Shown in pieces: positions 1 through 14,826 of a DNA stretch of 64,000 bases; within the stretch, counting starts at the first letter, position 1; the number at the start of each line of letters is the position of its first letter. Below the pieces are notes generated by a model, which was not told the DNA's origin, made no database searches, and saw only the letters and a list, made by a program, of their open reading frames with translations. The position numbers and the translations under genes were made by a program. The DNA comes from Marsupella aquatica (Eukaryota; Plantae; Marchantiophyta): the NCBI GenBank assembly GCA_973895155.1, contig OZ316892.1, forward strand, positions 15,864,861-15,928,860, written 5' to 3'.

Positions 1-631
1 GCTTTCCAACGCACCCAAGAAGTCCCCAATGGACTTCTCATTGTGAAGCTTTTATCGTTTCTGTTTGGCATTTTCCCTTAGTGTTGCGACCATTGCGGCT
101 CCGCATGTCTGGGCATGCCACCAACTGGCAACGCCCATAACTTCCTAGTTAGGCGTCTGCAAGCAGAGTGCCTTAGCCCGTTGTGATCGGGCCAACCTAG
201 TGCTCATGCCTAGGCCCTTAGATCTCATCGCCGCTTGGGGCCCCCGATCGGCCAAACCCAGATCGGGCCATAACTCACGCCCCAAACGTCCATTGCCCAT
301 GGAATCAACTCCATTGGCCTTGGGCCCAAGAGGGGCTCTCACTCAAGCCCTCAGAACTCAAAGTCCATCTAGGGGTCCAGATGGTCGACCTTGAGCCCGA
401 CCCTTTTTCCCTTGACCTGGCCAGCCCCCATCTAGTCTAAGTAAGTTCTTAGTGCGTGTCACCAGCTTGGCGCCTTGCCTTCGCCAGTGCCACGTCTCAT
501 TGCCCACAAGTCTCCCCATGCTAAGTCCTCCCCAGATGGCCTATCCGGGCGTGGACCACAAGGGAGCTCGGCGTTGGAGTCAGCGACGACGGAGCTAAGT
601 GTTAAGGTAGTCGAGTTTTGTGACTAAAGAC

Positions 632-1470
632 AATTATGGTTGTCTTAGAGGCAATATTTGGATAAGGTACTTGCCAAGTTTGGGATAGAGAATGCAAAAG
701 CTGTTGGTTCTCCATTGGCTTCTCATTTTAAACTCTCAAAGAATGATTACCCTTCTACTTAGAGTAATGGACTGACAATGAAATAGGTTTCCTATGATAG
801 TGTTGTGGGTAGTTTGATGTATGCAATGACATGCACTAGACCTTACATTGCCCACGTTATTAGCATTTTGAGCAGATTTATGGCAAACCCTAGTAAACTT
901 CATTGGGAAGCAATGAAGTGGGTATTGGGGTATTTGAAAGGTACTTTAGATTGTGGGATTCTATTTGACGATAAAACAAACTCTACATTAGAGTTAGAAG
1001 GATTTGTAGATTCAGATTGTGCTGGTAACTTGGATAATAGGAAGTCTACTAGAGGCTATGTGTTTATGTTGGGTGGAGGTTGTATAAGTTGAAAGTCGGC
1101 AACTCAATCGTGTGTTGCATTGTCTACTATTGAGGCTGAGTACATGACTGCCTGCGAAGCAACCAAAGAGCTGATCTAGCTACGGAGGTTGGTGAGTGAT
1201 TTAGGTATTTTATCGGAAAGACTGGGGCTATTGTGTAGCAGTCAAAGTGCTTTGCATCTGGCTAAGAACCCTATGTTCCATGCTAGGATAGTGCACATTG
1301 ATATTCGTTATCACTTCATCCGTGAGGTGATTAAGACAAAGCAAATATTCCTGGAGAAGGTGGCTTCAGAGGAGAATGCGACATACATGCTTACTAAAGT
1401 TTTACCTACCAATAATTTCAGTCATTGTGTGGATATTATTAATGTTACGGTCAAACCAGAGATTATGTAG
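632..1470 (+). pseudogene. Ty1/Copia pol remnant (RT C-terminus + RNase H), 5'-truncated, with stops
   Basis: Motifs GSLMYAMTCTRP, GFVDSDCAG..DNRKSTRGY, ALSTIEAEY, KNPMFHAR..HIDIRYHFIRE. Confidence 0.93.
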
Positions 1471-1537
1471 ATATGTTACTTAGTTACATATTGTATATCA
1501 CCTAACTTATTGTGTGAACTAGAGTCAAGGTGAAGAT

Positions 1538-1830
1538 TGTTAGGAATTGACTCGAGTTCCCGACTTTAGTTAGTTTAGCCTTACTAGGGTTAATTGACCC
1601 TTGGTTAATCTAGGATAAGATCCACTTATTTAAGCCCACACATCTTAGTTCCCTTTGGGGGTATAGGTTGGAGGGAGAGCATTATCTCCCTCATTCGTCA
1701 CATGTTCTTTCTCATGAGTTATGGATTCTTTAGGAGTTTCTCCATGATCGTGGTGTCTTGTCGGTGTAGTGTGATTGAGTGCTCTCATGTTCCGCATTGT
1801 TGTCTAGTCTGGTCTGATGATTCTCCTACA
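1538..1830 (+). mobile_element. Probable Copia 3' LTR (~293 bp)
   Basis: Purine-rich PPT-like CAAGGTGAAGAT immediately before TGTTAGG at 1538; near-inverted end CCTACA at 1825-1830. Confidence 0.6.
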
Positions 1831-3851
1831 TAGAACTCTTGCTTCAAGAACACCAAGCATATTTGGCCTCTAGATGCTGAATCTAAACTACCATACCATC
1901 CTAGTGGGCATGCATAGGGCATGGTGGTGGGTGATGATAGCCATGCACTCCTGCATAACACATGTTATATGTACTAGAAAATTTCAGAGGAAAATTTACA
2001 TGTGGGGATAAAAGTGAGGCCAACACTTCTCTATGGCCCTAAACAATGAGGAGTTGGCACATGCAACAAGTGGCCCAAAGCAATTTATTCTTGCTCTAAG
2101 GTGGTGCAAAAAAATGATTTCAATTTTCAAGAAAAAAATTATTATTATTATTTGTGAAATGAATGATTAATTTTTTCTCAACATGAGTTTTTATACCAGG
2201 AAACATTACATGGCAAAGTATTTTATTTTTTGGGATTCACACATTTTAAATACCTTTAAATTATTCTTTTGTTCAAAGTGATAAAAGTTTTTTATTACCA
2301 ATTTGGGGAAGGATGTTTGAGGTTGGAGCAACTCTCATACTAGTTGATGGTTATGGTCAAAGGTTTGCACACAGGCTTTAGTCAGCCGTAATAATAAAGG
2401 TTTGTAGAGAGGATTTTAGTCGTTGTAGCCTAAAGGAAGAAATAGGTGGTCAGATCCTAAGTTAAAAGCTAGTAGCATGAATATTTGTTGGTAGTGAATA
2501 TCATCATTATCATTATCAATAAGAGTAACTGATTTTGGGGACAAGGAGGAATCATCATCTCCTCCGGTTATAGCATCCTTTTGAAGGAGGTCCTATTGCC
2601 ATTGCTTCGTCAGTTTTTAAATGGAGAAAAATCAATTCAACAATTGAACCCTGAACAGAAAGGTCTGCAGCTTGAGTAAAAGAATAAGTGCAAATTCATT
2701 TACATTTTCAAGAATGATGAATATTGGGAAAACAACTACAGTAGGTGACAACCAATTAATTGGCACCTAGGCGATTTGTTTGCTAATCCTACTGTCTGGT
2801 ATGATAAACAAATCGATTTGGCAGCAAAACGTGAAAATATTACATTTGTCAGACCATACGAATCCTGTAGATGGGTTGACATAAGATACCAGCGTTATCC
2901 TCTCCAACATATGATAAGACTTGACAATACAACTCGCTTAGTTTCACACCTCAAATCTCACAGTATTCTCCGCAACCACGTTGCACGTTACAATCATTTG
3001 AAAGAGATTAATCTCAAAGTGAATACAAATTGTTAAATGCTGGTAAGCTCCTTCCAATCCCGATCCACGCGAGGTATACTTGAAGTTCTTTCAAGTCCCA
3101 CTCAATCTTTCTTGCTTCTATGTACAAGTGCAGACTAAGTAAATGAATCCTATACAAATGTACCGCATACAGAGACCACACAAACAATTCAATTTACGCA
3201 CCTTATCTACTTGACAAGAAGTCCTACTCTAGGACTTGCATATCTGGAAGCACTGAAGCCTCATTTTGTCGCTCTCCTTCTATACAGTGTTGTGCCGAAC
3301 TCCGATGACAGGTAAGGAACAACTCGATAGGAACAAAACTTTTGAGTCTGTAAAGTAGAAAGCTCAATTACAAGACGCAAAAAGGCGCCTAAAGCTGTAA
3401 CCGATCTCTGTACTTCCATTTCTGCATCAATTTCTGCAACAAAAAAAGCGTCACTTCATACTGATACGTTGGCTCGCAAACGATGAACTACTAATTGTAG
3501 TGCCCCGCCACGTTTGGCACCTAATTACGGCTGTGGAGGAAGCCAGTATTCAAGCATACAAGAGATTCTTCATTGACTACATACAAGCCTGAATTGATCC
3601 ACATGTGAAGCGAGGTCTCTAAGTAGATTCCAATCAGACTATTTTCATCCAGAAGTGATACAAACACATGCATTGAGCAATGCACTCTAAATGAACAAAG
3701 TATCCGCAGGTCTGATTGTAACATCAGAGTGGAGAAGCTAGCCACTGCAAGCGTTTGGATTGAAAGTTAAGTACCTCCCCTCGTCGACGTTTTCGATCAA
3801 CAGCCTCAGGAGCGCCTTGCCTGAAGTTAATCCAGTAGGCTCACAGTTGTC

Positions 3852-6800
3852 CTACTTTGCTTCTCTGAGAGTTTCGTGCATAGCGTCCTCCTCATCCTGT
3901 ATATCATCAAATGTTAGAAGATACAAGTTCTGGCATCAGCGATGTCATGACGGCATCTTGTGTTGATTGCAGTGATTCTGATACCTACACATGGGCATTT
4001 CCTTATGGAGTGAGTCCAACCTATCACTGCCATCCTCATCAGGAGATTCGGATAGCCTATTTCCTTCAGACAACTTCCGGAGACACGTAGCGTACTTGGA
4101 ACCCCCAATAAGTTGCATTTCAAAGAGGTGCCCCAAAATTTGAACGTTTTTGGCAATCATTCTTATTGAGACAAAAAAACAGAAAGTACATGTGATATGC
4201 AACTGACGATGTTCGGCTTCAAGTTGCTCACTATGAAACTAAATTCCGTTTATTCTGCTGGAGATATTTGATTTCATATGAGATGTCACAAAGTCAGGTG
4301 GCTAATCTGAAATTCAAGTAGGAAAAACGAAAACCTTTTGATTATGGACACGCAATACCTTTCACAAAGCTCTTTATTCCAACATCCACCAGAATCGTAA
4401 AATTGATAGCCAATCAAGATATCTGGAAAGGAGAGATCCTAAACCTGAAGAATCTGGATGATATCTTCTCATGTTTTCAATATACAGCAAAACTTTCGAG
4501 TCTTGTTCTAGTCACCCTTTCCCTTCTATATTTTCCTTAATTGTCAATCTGACACCCTAACTTCTTGAGCGACAACGGCAGGTGTCTAAGTGGATATGGG
4601 ACCCACCACAAGCGCCTGAAATTCATTTTCTTCATCGATGGCATCTAGAACAATCTCATCATCCAGTAATTCCTGTTGCCAGAAAACTCCAAGTTAATGA
4701 TAGCCACAAAGGTCCAACCATCTGCTCCGAATTGTTACTACGACCTTCATACAAAATAATGCGAAGTAGAAAGACGTGTCATAAAGACCCCTTGGCACAT
4801 CCTCAGGAAACTAGAATTCCACGAGATAGCTTACATCATCAGCAATCTTCAACTGGCCAGTTGCTTCATCCTGCACATTATTGAACACAACAACAATAGA
4901 TGCAAGACTTAGCGAAGTTTCATTTCTCGCGGGCACCTTCTGATGGAATTACAGAGACACGTATTTTTTTCTCCCGAAAGTTGCTGAAGTCTACGAAGAT
5001 CCCCTACGCGAGATAGACAAAGGCAGTTGGACATCAAATGGACAATAAATTCCCTTTTTTTGCTGTTTTCCCTCCCGCCCGAAAAAAGTGATTTGCATTT
5101 TCAACCAGATTTACTGCAATCAGCTTGAGGCTTGTACGCTCACTTTGTGGACAACAAACATGACAGGATCAAATGGAGTGTAAACCATATAATCAGAATT
5201 TCCCTGCGAGACAGATTCGCCAGCGACTGTCAGCTTTTCCCTAAACTTTTAGCAGGACAGTGTGCAAAAGAAAAACCATGGCTAGTTTGAAAGGAAAACA
5301 CATTGAGACATCAGCTAAGGTACACCAAATGCTCCCTACTCCACACGTCAAATCCACAAAATAGGTAACATAACAAATTAACCTCCAAGTCAGACTTTTA
5401 AAACTCGTACACGAGATTTAGATTGATTGAAGTCGGGGAAATCATACCACTTGAAAATTTGCAACCTCCACACCTTCCGTTAGTGAACCCCCTAAACCCA
5501 CGCCATATTCTGCAAGGCAAAATAGCTATTATCTAGGGGTTCCCCACTTTAAACAGCAAATATTTTTCCTCAATTGTAGCTAGACATCTTCAGTGCACCG
5601 GCGAATATGACAGACACCCACCCTAACGGCTTTCATCGAAGAGAAACTTGGACACAGACTATCAAGTAGCTCAAGATCAATTAAGCACTTTCTGCTTTAG
5701 CCACACATGGGACCTAACGGACAATCGATGTAGTCATTCAGTGACGAAATCTCGTTCTTACTTCTGATAATCGGTTAGAGTGCAACTTTACAGATTTGAA
5801 CAACGTTCACAAATCAGCTTACACAGATGACAACAGAGAAGTCTAAGAAACCTGAAAGGTAGAGCTAATCACAGAGGATTATACCAGCTTTGAAATCTAA
5901 GACGTGCTCCTCTGTGTAGCAGAATCCTCCGCGGGCAGTGAGACAAAACCTGAAGATAATAAAGAAACCAATTTTCATATGCCAACCCGATGTCTCACAA
6001 AGGGGCTTGGGGATACATGTTAGCCAGCATCGGTAGACTTAATGTGTCCATCGTATGATCGACTGCCAAGAGAATTAGGAAATTGTAAGTCTTCATAGAA
6101 CAAATCAAGTTTTCAGTCTATAAAATAGGACTCACCCACTAACAATCAGATGTAGGCGCCTCTTGGCAAGGGCATAGATCGCACTCGGCAGAATTTCTTC
6201 CAGTTCCTCATCACTCAACTGTACATCCAAATTGTGTGGACAGACAATGAGCCTCAGGTGTTTATTTATTATAAACGTGCACGCAAGTGAAACCTGGACA
6301 AGACCCGGATCAAAACAGCAGATGGAGAGTCTCACCTCTGTCAAGCCCTCTTTTTCTTCATCAATCTTTAAAATCTGTAGGGGCCTGCATACGGAACGAA
6401 ATCCAGCCCCTCAATCGGAGAACTGCGAAACCTTATCTATTAACTAAAAGAGCAGTTTCACGATGTATGAAGTCAGACTGAAAAATAATCACCCACTACA
6501 GCCTCATCAATTCAAAACTACCGTTTCACTTGATCAGCTTGATGGAATTCAATGCAAGAGCTCTGACTTGAGATTGAGACGATAAGACCCGAACTAACAA
6601 GTTTCCAACTGGTCTGAAGCAAGTGGGAAGCTTTGCGAGAACGATATTCCAAAGTGGTAGCAAGTGTTGTGTAGATTCTCATCGCACATGCAAAATTTTC
6701 TAAATTCATGGGATTTCCCATCTGCTGTAAAACCTACCCTTGAGAAAATGCTGCACTTACATATCAAGGGGGAGCAACAGAAGACAGTCTCGGCCATCTG

Positions 6801-8073
6801 AACTTTGGAACGCACGCCGGATCATGCATTCTAGGGGTCTCTGACTTGAGGGGTCTCCCTGCAAAGATCCACGCCGAGTACAGCCACTATTCTAATGATT
6901 ATTTATATACTGAGCTATCAACTCGAACAAGACCCTGTAACAGAATGAACGAATAACAGAAGCAGCAAGAAAGAAATAGAAAATCGATATCTTCTACATC
7001 TTCTCATTACCGATAAGCTTCAGCACATTCATGTCATGTGCTGTTAAGTAATTAGATTCTACTGACTTTGGAGATATAGTTCGATAACACACGCATTGAA
7101 ACAGCTGCCATTCAAAAGACCTACGACAACCACAAGCTTTTTCTCTCATGAAAACCTTTTACATTTTACTAATTACTGCTAGAACTTGCTAAACCTTACT
7201 GTGAGTCAAGAAGCAACTCTGAAATCTCCAAATTGTGAGATGACCTAGGTTAAGTCTAGAAGAGAGGAGACTCTAGCCCAATCCTCTGCTACAATTGGTT
7301 CAGAGAATCCAATCAACTACTAGATAAGCCTGGAAGGTTCTTAGATGCATCTCCGGTATCTCATAGTGATGTGATTAAACATACTGACATTGGTTACCTC
7401 AATAAGTCAGGTACCAAATAACCTTACAAAACACTTGCATGTCTCCACTTGGCCTAAACTTTTCATGAGTTTTTTCTTTATTGTCAACGAGGGAATTTGT
7501 ATTTCCTTACTCGAAGCACAGGGTGCTCCGACCTAAATTACACTCCAGGACTTGGAATGCAACCAATTCCTGGGCAGAGTGAAGCCGACAGAACTAAATG
7601 GATGACCATCGGTGAGTAAAGGAAGGGCTTACAATGGTGACAACACGATTAGCAGCAGGCGCGACGAGAACAACTCCACCCTCTTCGTCGATGATGAATC
7701 CAGCCGGCGGTTTGGGGCCCGGAACAGCATAGCTGCTTTTCCTCTCCATTTCCATCTTCGTGGAAATAGACTCTTTCTTGCTAACCTGGGCACCTCCTCC
7801 TTTTCCCCCACTTTGGTACCCAGTTCTGGATTTCTCTGCCACGGAGCCCTCTTGTCTACCACTACCACTACCACTACCACTACCCACATCCCGCTCGCTC
7901 GTGCTTGTGGGCTGCTGCTGACTTTTCTTCGATGCTGCTCGCAAACACAGATTCATGTATAGCTGACTTGTTGTGGGTCTGGCGGACGAAGTCGACAAGG
8001 TCACTCCGCTACCACTAGCCCCACCGAGAAAAAGTGCGCCCAGCGGCTGCTGAAGAATGCGTGGGGTTGCCAT
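3852..8073 (-). CDS. Intact 10-exon gene for a conserved, probably plastid-targeted protein (DUF3727-like), 334 aa; exons 7633-8073, 6761-6858, 6336-6384, 6136-6218, 5885-5949, 5448-5509, 5144-5203, 4835-4870, 4607-4672, 3852-3896
   Basis: All introns are GT-AG and the exons sum to 1005 nt in one frame. The spliced product reads ..DPSSQRPLECMIRRAF..LLPLDMPLQILK..LSDEELEEILPSAIYALAK..GFCLTARGGFCY..YMVYTPFDP..DAIDEENEFQALV..; the S/G-rich N-terminus resembles a transit peptide. Family name is from recall. Confidence 0.88.
7857..7884. repeat. (ACCACT)n hexamer repeat coding GSGSGS in exon 1
   Basis: Directly visible. Confidence 0.85.
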
Positions 8074-8450
8074 GGCAGGCTGGATTCTGGATGAGTCGCT
8101 AGCACTATGCCTTCTTCCTCCGTGTCGAACTTTGCAAGCCCGGCAAGTAAGTCTCGGTTTGCTTATGTTTCAGCTTGTTTCTGTCTGTGCACCTTGCCTG
8201 ATTTGTTTCAAACTCCAAAGGGAGACGCAGATTGATTGCTGGACAGCAGACGACAGCGAACACCGAACGTTCTTGGTCATTTTGTTGTGTGTTCTTTCAG
8301 AGTTTGGAAGGGGCCATAGCTGATGACCAGGCCTGCGCTGAGGGGGAAATGCGCACCCTGAGGAAACGTCCTACTGGTACGTTTATTGCATGGCTGAGAA
8401 CGGGGTCCGGAGCTTTGCCTCGCGAATGCAAACGCAGAAAGAAAGGCGAT

Positions 8451-8560
8451 TGTTTTGGGTGTTCCGAAGCACAAGCGAATGACTCGGATATGCGATTCAT
8501 CGGAGAAAATATTTCTTCGGTTTTTTGGGGTGTTCCGAAGCACAAAAGAATGACTCGGAT
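8451..8560. repeat. Imperfect ~71-bp-period direct repeat upstream of the gene
   Basis: GGGTGTTCCGAAGCACAA..GAATGACTCGGAT occurs twice. Confidence 0.75.
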
Positions 8561-9462
8561 TTGCAATTCATCTGAGACATTATTTCTGTGCCTAAGCGCC
8601 ACCTGGCATGTATTGGAGAAGAATCACTGGGATTTTTGCCATTCATGATAGAAATTATTTATGTGCCTAAGAGCCAAGTTGCAAGTGTGCATACCTTTGT
8701 TTTCGAACCTTTACTCAATTGAACTCATTCAAACATGGAATGAGAATTTTATGCCTCAACCTACTGGTCTAGCATTCTGCATATGTAGTGGAGAACCAAG
8801 GGCAACCCTTGGAAACAATCTGGCCGTTGAGTTTTAGTTTTCCAATAAATTATTGAGCAAAGACTTTGCTCTTATGTGTATGTGAATCACAAGTAGCATT
8901 GACATGTGCAAACATGCACCCTCATGGCACCAATAAATGAGTTATCCAAACAATTAATGAACAAAGATGACATTCACAACGACAAGCTCATAATCATCCA
9001 ATTCACATGTAGTAAACATGAGTTCATCTCAGTTCAGGCTACGTCCACCGGAACACAAGAACTTTACTGCACTCTAGGCCCATTGGCCATACCGAGTCTT
9101 TGTAATACAAGTTTTTCTTATTTCTCAACTGGTTCCGTAACAATGAGCCTAAGTTCCTCATATCCAAGGCAAACAACGTTTGGGATATAGTGTGCAACAT
9201 GACTAACCTAACCAAGTCCGCGACTAAGGTTAGCATTGACTAAGATTGCAATCATAAATCTAGACCTAACAAGAATCACCTCCATAATGGAGAACATTTG
9301 CCAATATGGCAATTTTAGTATGCCCTAAGCATAGCCTCTACCTAGGGCCAACTTGTCCTTGCACACAACCTTTGCCTCTATATTATTTGTTGAGGGTGGT
9401 CAAACTCATATGAGGGAGACCAAAGTTGTCCGGTCGCGGGATTGGGTGCAATGAGAGACATT

Positions 9463-9900
9463 CACTAGTACATTTCTGGCCTTTATCCAATACCATCTCC
9501 ATCGGATCCCTTCAGGAAAGTCGTACAAGAAATTTTGCACATCCAGTGTAACTCGCTTTGCAATTTTTCATTCTCCATGTATCGAACACAAACCATCGGA
9601 CAACCTTTGGACTTTGCGTTTCTCTAAGCATTGGTTGTTGCCTTGCAAAACCCTTCAGACATTTTATATCCGATGCAATGAAAATCAGATATCAACCAGC
9701 TCAGCACTGATACAAATTTTGGGTCTGATGTATTCTTTATCGGAATTTCCGTTATAGTCTGCATTGAAATGTGCATTATTTATTGTATCATAAAGTCCAA
9801 TGGTCTTCATATCAGACCTTGGATTTCTCTCGGCTTGCGGGAAGAGGTGTTTGATGGGTTTAGTATTGGAATTTGTAAAGGATTCACTATCGGATATATG
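9463..9900 (+). mobile_element. CACTA left terminus with ATCGGA/TCCGAT subterminal motifs
   Basis: CACTAGTACATTTCTGG at 9463, followed by many ATCGGA/TCCGAT variants in both orientations. Confidence 0.6.
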
Positions 9901-11799
9901 TCCTCATACAGATAGCATGCATGGGATAATTAAAGGACTTTCCAATGGAGAGAGCATTGCACTAGCTAGTAGACATTATGATTCTTTTAGGATAGAATAG
10001 TGGGCCACATGGGATTTGTATTTGAGGGTTTAAGGGTAGATTTAGGGTGAAATTGGCCAAGTTGGGTTCAATTATGATCGATGCTAAATAATATTAAGCT
10101 TAAAATATCATGTTCAAAAAGGGAAACACCCCGCTATGCATGTACAATATGTAGTAGCCTAAGTAGTAGACTATACTATATGGTACCTGCTAGTATTAAT
10201 AAAAACTACCACGCACTACATATATACCTCATGCCACTAAGCTCTAAAAAGGTGTGTTGCTTCCCTTCTTTTTCTTTGGGCAAGAATGAGGGGTTGGTAC
10301 AGGTCAGGGAACACGAGAGCCCTCCTCTCTCTGGCTCCCCACAACTGTGGCAACCACCTGCTCACAAGTGGGTTGGCCTGATGCTTGCCTAAACTATGAC
10401 CCACTAGATGCATCGCTAGGATGTTGAGGCCCAGCAGATGTCTCTAAACCCCTTGACATTGCAGAGTGGAAGGAGTCATCTCCCCCTCCGGTGTCATGGG
10501 AATAGTAAGCTTTCAAGAACACGCTGGGTGTCTGGCTGCATGTGCTAATTATGTTATTTACCACTTGTGAGAGACCTCGTGCTTAGAATTGATTCCCTTG
10601 AGAGCCTTGTCCCCTCTCGGCCATTTTTCAAGTTTCTTGGGTTCCCCTGTATCTCTTGCGGTTTTCTCTAGATAAACTGGGTGGGAAGGGCGTACCCTTT
10701 TTTGCAAGGACTCCTAAGCACTTTTGGTATCAAGAGCTATGTGTGAACTACTCCATATATTGGCAATTAAACCAGAGTAGTCAATGCCAGACCCCACTCC
10801 ACAAATCTCTCATTCAAGTGATAATTTTCTCTATGTATTTTTTTGAACTCTCGGCTATGATCTCTCATCTATTACACTATTATAAAAATACTCACATCCT
10901 CATTTATGCATCTATAGAGTATTAATGGATCCGACAATACGATAATTACAGTGTATCTTTCTTTCCCAAACTTCTATGTAAGAACTTGTCTACCTTCCTC
11001 TTTACCATCAACTTGATGCTCATCGTAGAATGCAAATTCAAAAATAATGGAATCTCATTCAAATCAATATTGACATTCATATTTCCTATATGCTTTTTAT
11101 CTAAGAGAGGTTCAGCGGCAGAGCCGTTCCTATTTGATCACAGGTTTGTAGACATTATATCTATGGCATTGGCGGCATAGCTGACCTTCTCAGATTCAAA
11201 GCTCCATCTTCAAGATACTCGAGTGATGACAATGCCTTCCATGACATTATTTTTTAAACATTAAAAAATTACCTTGTTATTTAGAAAAACACACATTTTC
11301 ACAATACTTAATATCCTTCAGATAATTATAAAATCTATGTTTGAGTATTTTTATATAGGCTTCATTAGTTACATTTTTTTTGTTCAAAGATTTAATGATT
11401 CACAAAAATGAGAACCAAGATAGTTAATGCGATGAAGTATGCACTTTATTGAGAGCACTATTCCTAGAAATAGAAATTACTTGTATATGTCTATTTGGCA
11501 ACATGATAGAAATAACAGAACACTATTTTTCTAGAATTGAGGAAATGTAAGCTTCTCCATTTCTCCTACTATAAGTAAGATTGACAATGAAATTCATAAG
11601 CTCAACTAATCTAATCGCTAGGCTTCTCCTCACTAGACTTCTGCTCCATTTCAGCTACATGCTCACCAGCATGCTCACTTAAGTAGGTCAATTGTAATGG
11701 CCACTCTGCACGCCAAAATATGTGTTTGTAAAAATGAGTCGGCACAACTACACGGACTTCTGCAAATTCCGTAACAGGACTAACTTTCAATATTCTCTT

Positions 11800-14758
11800 C
11801 ACTTGGCAGGAAAAATAACATCTGAAGTCTCTTCACATGAATTACATAGATCACTATCAACACCACAAACATAACTTTGTATAACATCATCCCTCATCCT
11901 TTTTGACTTTCTGCTCCGCTCTAAGTTATTATTGACATTCTGCACACAAAGATCAACCCCAATCTTGGTAGCTTGTCTTATCTTTGCAAAAGCTATGCTC
12001 TTGTGACCCTTCATCATGCCACTTTTGAGCACATATCTATTCAGTCCTAAATAGACCTGATTCAGCACAGGTTGAAAGGGAGTATCATCAATTGATAGCT
12101 TTTGTTGTTCTCTAATTACAAGCTGCATTATATATAAATTCTGAGCATATATCAATGAAATGAATGAAACAAGAGAAGTAGTCGAGGAAGTAGTAGGTTC
12201 AAGATGTACCAACCACACAACCTGATTACACAATGTTGTTCCTGAAAAAATTGACCAGAGTAATCACATCATCCGGATTTAACAGGAACACAGATGGATA
12301 TAGAGGGTAAAATTGACAGTTGATATCACGCAGTCTAAGTCAATGATTTGAGGATCACACACATTGTAGTAGAATTTGTGCCTACCAACCCCAATAGGAG
12401 TGAACCAATTGAAAACAACTTGACATGCTGCTTCAGAACCAGGCTTATCAAGTAAATCCAAGGCTTCTCTAGATCTGGCAACACTATTTCCATACTTCCG
12501 ATGGATGCTTTGCACTCTGCCAGTCCACCAAACATATTTTGGCCCAGTAATAGAACATGCTTTAACTGGTTGACCTCTTGGCCTCTTTGGATTGCTGATA
12601 GGATCTTTTGATTTCCCTGCTCGCTTTTTCCCCTTTGCTGTTGTTTGCACAACACTTGTGCTGTAGGTAGTCCTAACCTGTAGTGTTTCATCAAGAAAAA
12701 ACACACCGCAGTCACCACCGACTGTCATGAACATAGTTGGAACACCTTCCTGATGGTTGGGTTTATCAACTAAATTGTTGAAGTATACACTCTCCTTCAC
12801 CCAAGTCAAACGGTCCTTACTCAGATGTGGGTTCCCAATCAATTGGCTAACTAAAGTACTCTTGTAGATCTGTCGGTCCTTAAAAGTAACAGTTGGTTTA
12901 ACATCTACTATTGGCGCACCATACAACAAGTTTGAGTGCATTATGTTTAGTGTGGCCTCAAGTTCAAAGTGTGGCCTCTATATCAGGGTCTACCATTCTC
13001 TCTATGGAAACTTTGGCTTTAGCAGATGAGGCAGGTGCCTCTCTATCTAGGTTTTGCAAAACCGGTCCATCTAATATGGAGACTTCCTCCTGTGAGATTG
13101 GAGCAGATGCAGCTGCTGCAGATTGACCTACAGCAGGATGGGGCCCTACTTTGCCATCCAAAGTATCCTGGACATCTACTAGTGAATCCAAATTGATATC
13201 ACACCAACCACCATACTTCACCCCTTTGGCCTCCACCTTCCAAGGAGATTTCCACTAGGTGATGTCCCTGGAAGAGGTTCAGGATTCATTTGCAACTCAG
13301 TTGCTATAGTTTGTGCCAACTTTAACCCTTCTTGCAAATAAGTGACAACCTCTGCATCATTCTCAATCCTTGTATAGTCTGTTTGGTCTGCCTCACGTTC
13401 AGCACCATCCCCCATAGGGTGAAGTTTCATCCAAATGTTACAATGCTTCTTATGGCTCTTCCCCGCACCCATCATTCCCTTGGCCACATCCATTGCGGCC
13501 AATCTGTTAAGATTAGTAGCACACTCCACTAATTCTGCCACATCATAGCTCCGCTCATTACCACACATACTTTTGAAAAGAATTGCTCACAAGCATCGAA
13601 TCCCGTTGAAAACAAAGGCACTGGCAAATGCCTAAAATTGTCCCTAAATTGAATTATGAGAAGGACTACAAAGTGAACAGACATTTGAATGTCTAGAAAT
13701 GTTTGCATGGGAATGCAATTTTGAGTAAAACTAATAGGCTGTGTGTGGCACCCACTGCATGGTTACCAAAGCACCACAGGCGCCACAGCTTGAAGAAAAA
13801 ACCCACTTTTGCACTGAGTAAAATCCTCTCTCGCAATGTGAATTTGGTGTTCATGAATATGTCTAAATAATCTGCACATATTCAAAGATACACCTCAGTT
13901 CCATGTGAGAGCTCCACCCTTACATCCTGCCACAAACGCAACTCTCTTAAGGTGTCAATGACCTTACGGTTACAGAATCTCTGTGCACTAGTCTAGTTTT
14001 GCCTTTCATTCTGGCTTACATCCTCACAGTTCAAGCCATGATCTTCGGGATCATACAAGTCAGACAGATGTGACTATAGTTAGCCACTGCTGCCCTAATT
14101 TCAAAATCTGCGCAGTAGAATCAAGGGGATTCACAAGCTTCTTGCCGTTGTGAATATAATCTTGATCATGTAGCCCATAGGCATGGATCAATACACTATC
14201 GCTGGTCATTGAGTGGGTCAGTTGCCAACCTTCCCATCTCAGGCCAGCCCGTGGCCTTGCCTCCCCTCTGCCTGTGTAATCCTCCAACATAAGCTTTCTC
14301 CTTTGTGCATCCCCATCACTTGCATGGCCTAATATAGGCCCCACACTTTCCAGGCAATGAGTAGTCCACAATGAATTTAGGGAATTCCACTGACTCCTAA
14401 CCCAAGGAGCTTTAAACTTATCACAAGTGGGAATTGCCATTGCACATAATCGAGGAAACCCTTCACAAAGAGGGTTCACCACTACACACCTTGCTTGGTG
14501 CCCTACCACGGAATTATCAAAAGCATCAATAATATTGCTGAACCCAAGTTCTCCTTCGCCCACAAAATCTCCCCATCAACTTCACAGATATGGTCGTTTT
14601 CCCGTCCACAAAACCCAAGGAGGGTATCATGTTTTGCAAGCCATTTGCAAACACATGGCAGATGAGCCAAGTGTAAGGCCGTGATGTCTATGTAACTCTT
14701 TAGCATAGACATGAAAGTGAGTCCAAGATGCAGTTTCACAAGTCATGGCACTAGTAGT
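11800..14758 (-). pseudogene. P-element-like (THAP9-type) DDE transposase, degenerate, 5' end lost
   Basis: GHASDGD..RRK, HDQDYIHNGKKLVNPL (DxxH motif), TGFDACEQFFSK; stops and frameshifts present. Confidence 0.68.
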
Positions 14759-14826
14759 AAAGTCAAAGTCAAAGTCAAATTCTAAGCTCCACGACGACCC
14801 AATGAGTCAAGGGAGCTGTGGCAAAA
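14759..14826 (-). mobile_element. Short non-LTR element 3' end with (TTTGAC)n tail (family B), head-to-head with the LINE
   Basis: Same sequence at 33272, 37252, 37432 and 39147; AGCTCC/GGAGCT stem. Confidence 0.75.

Noticed and set aside
1-600. GC-rich segment with two short ORFs
   Set aside because: No recognisable motif; likely a TE fragment cut by the window edge
3521-8648. Many short ORFs overlapping the host gene
   Set aside because: They are antisense or intronic and are explained by the spliced gene model
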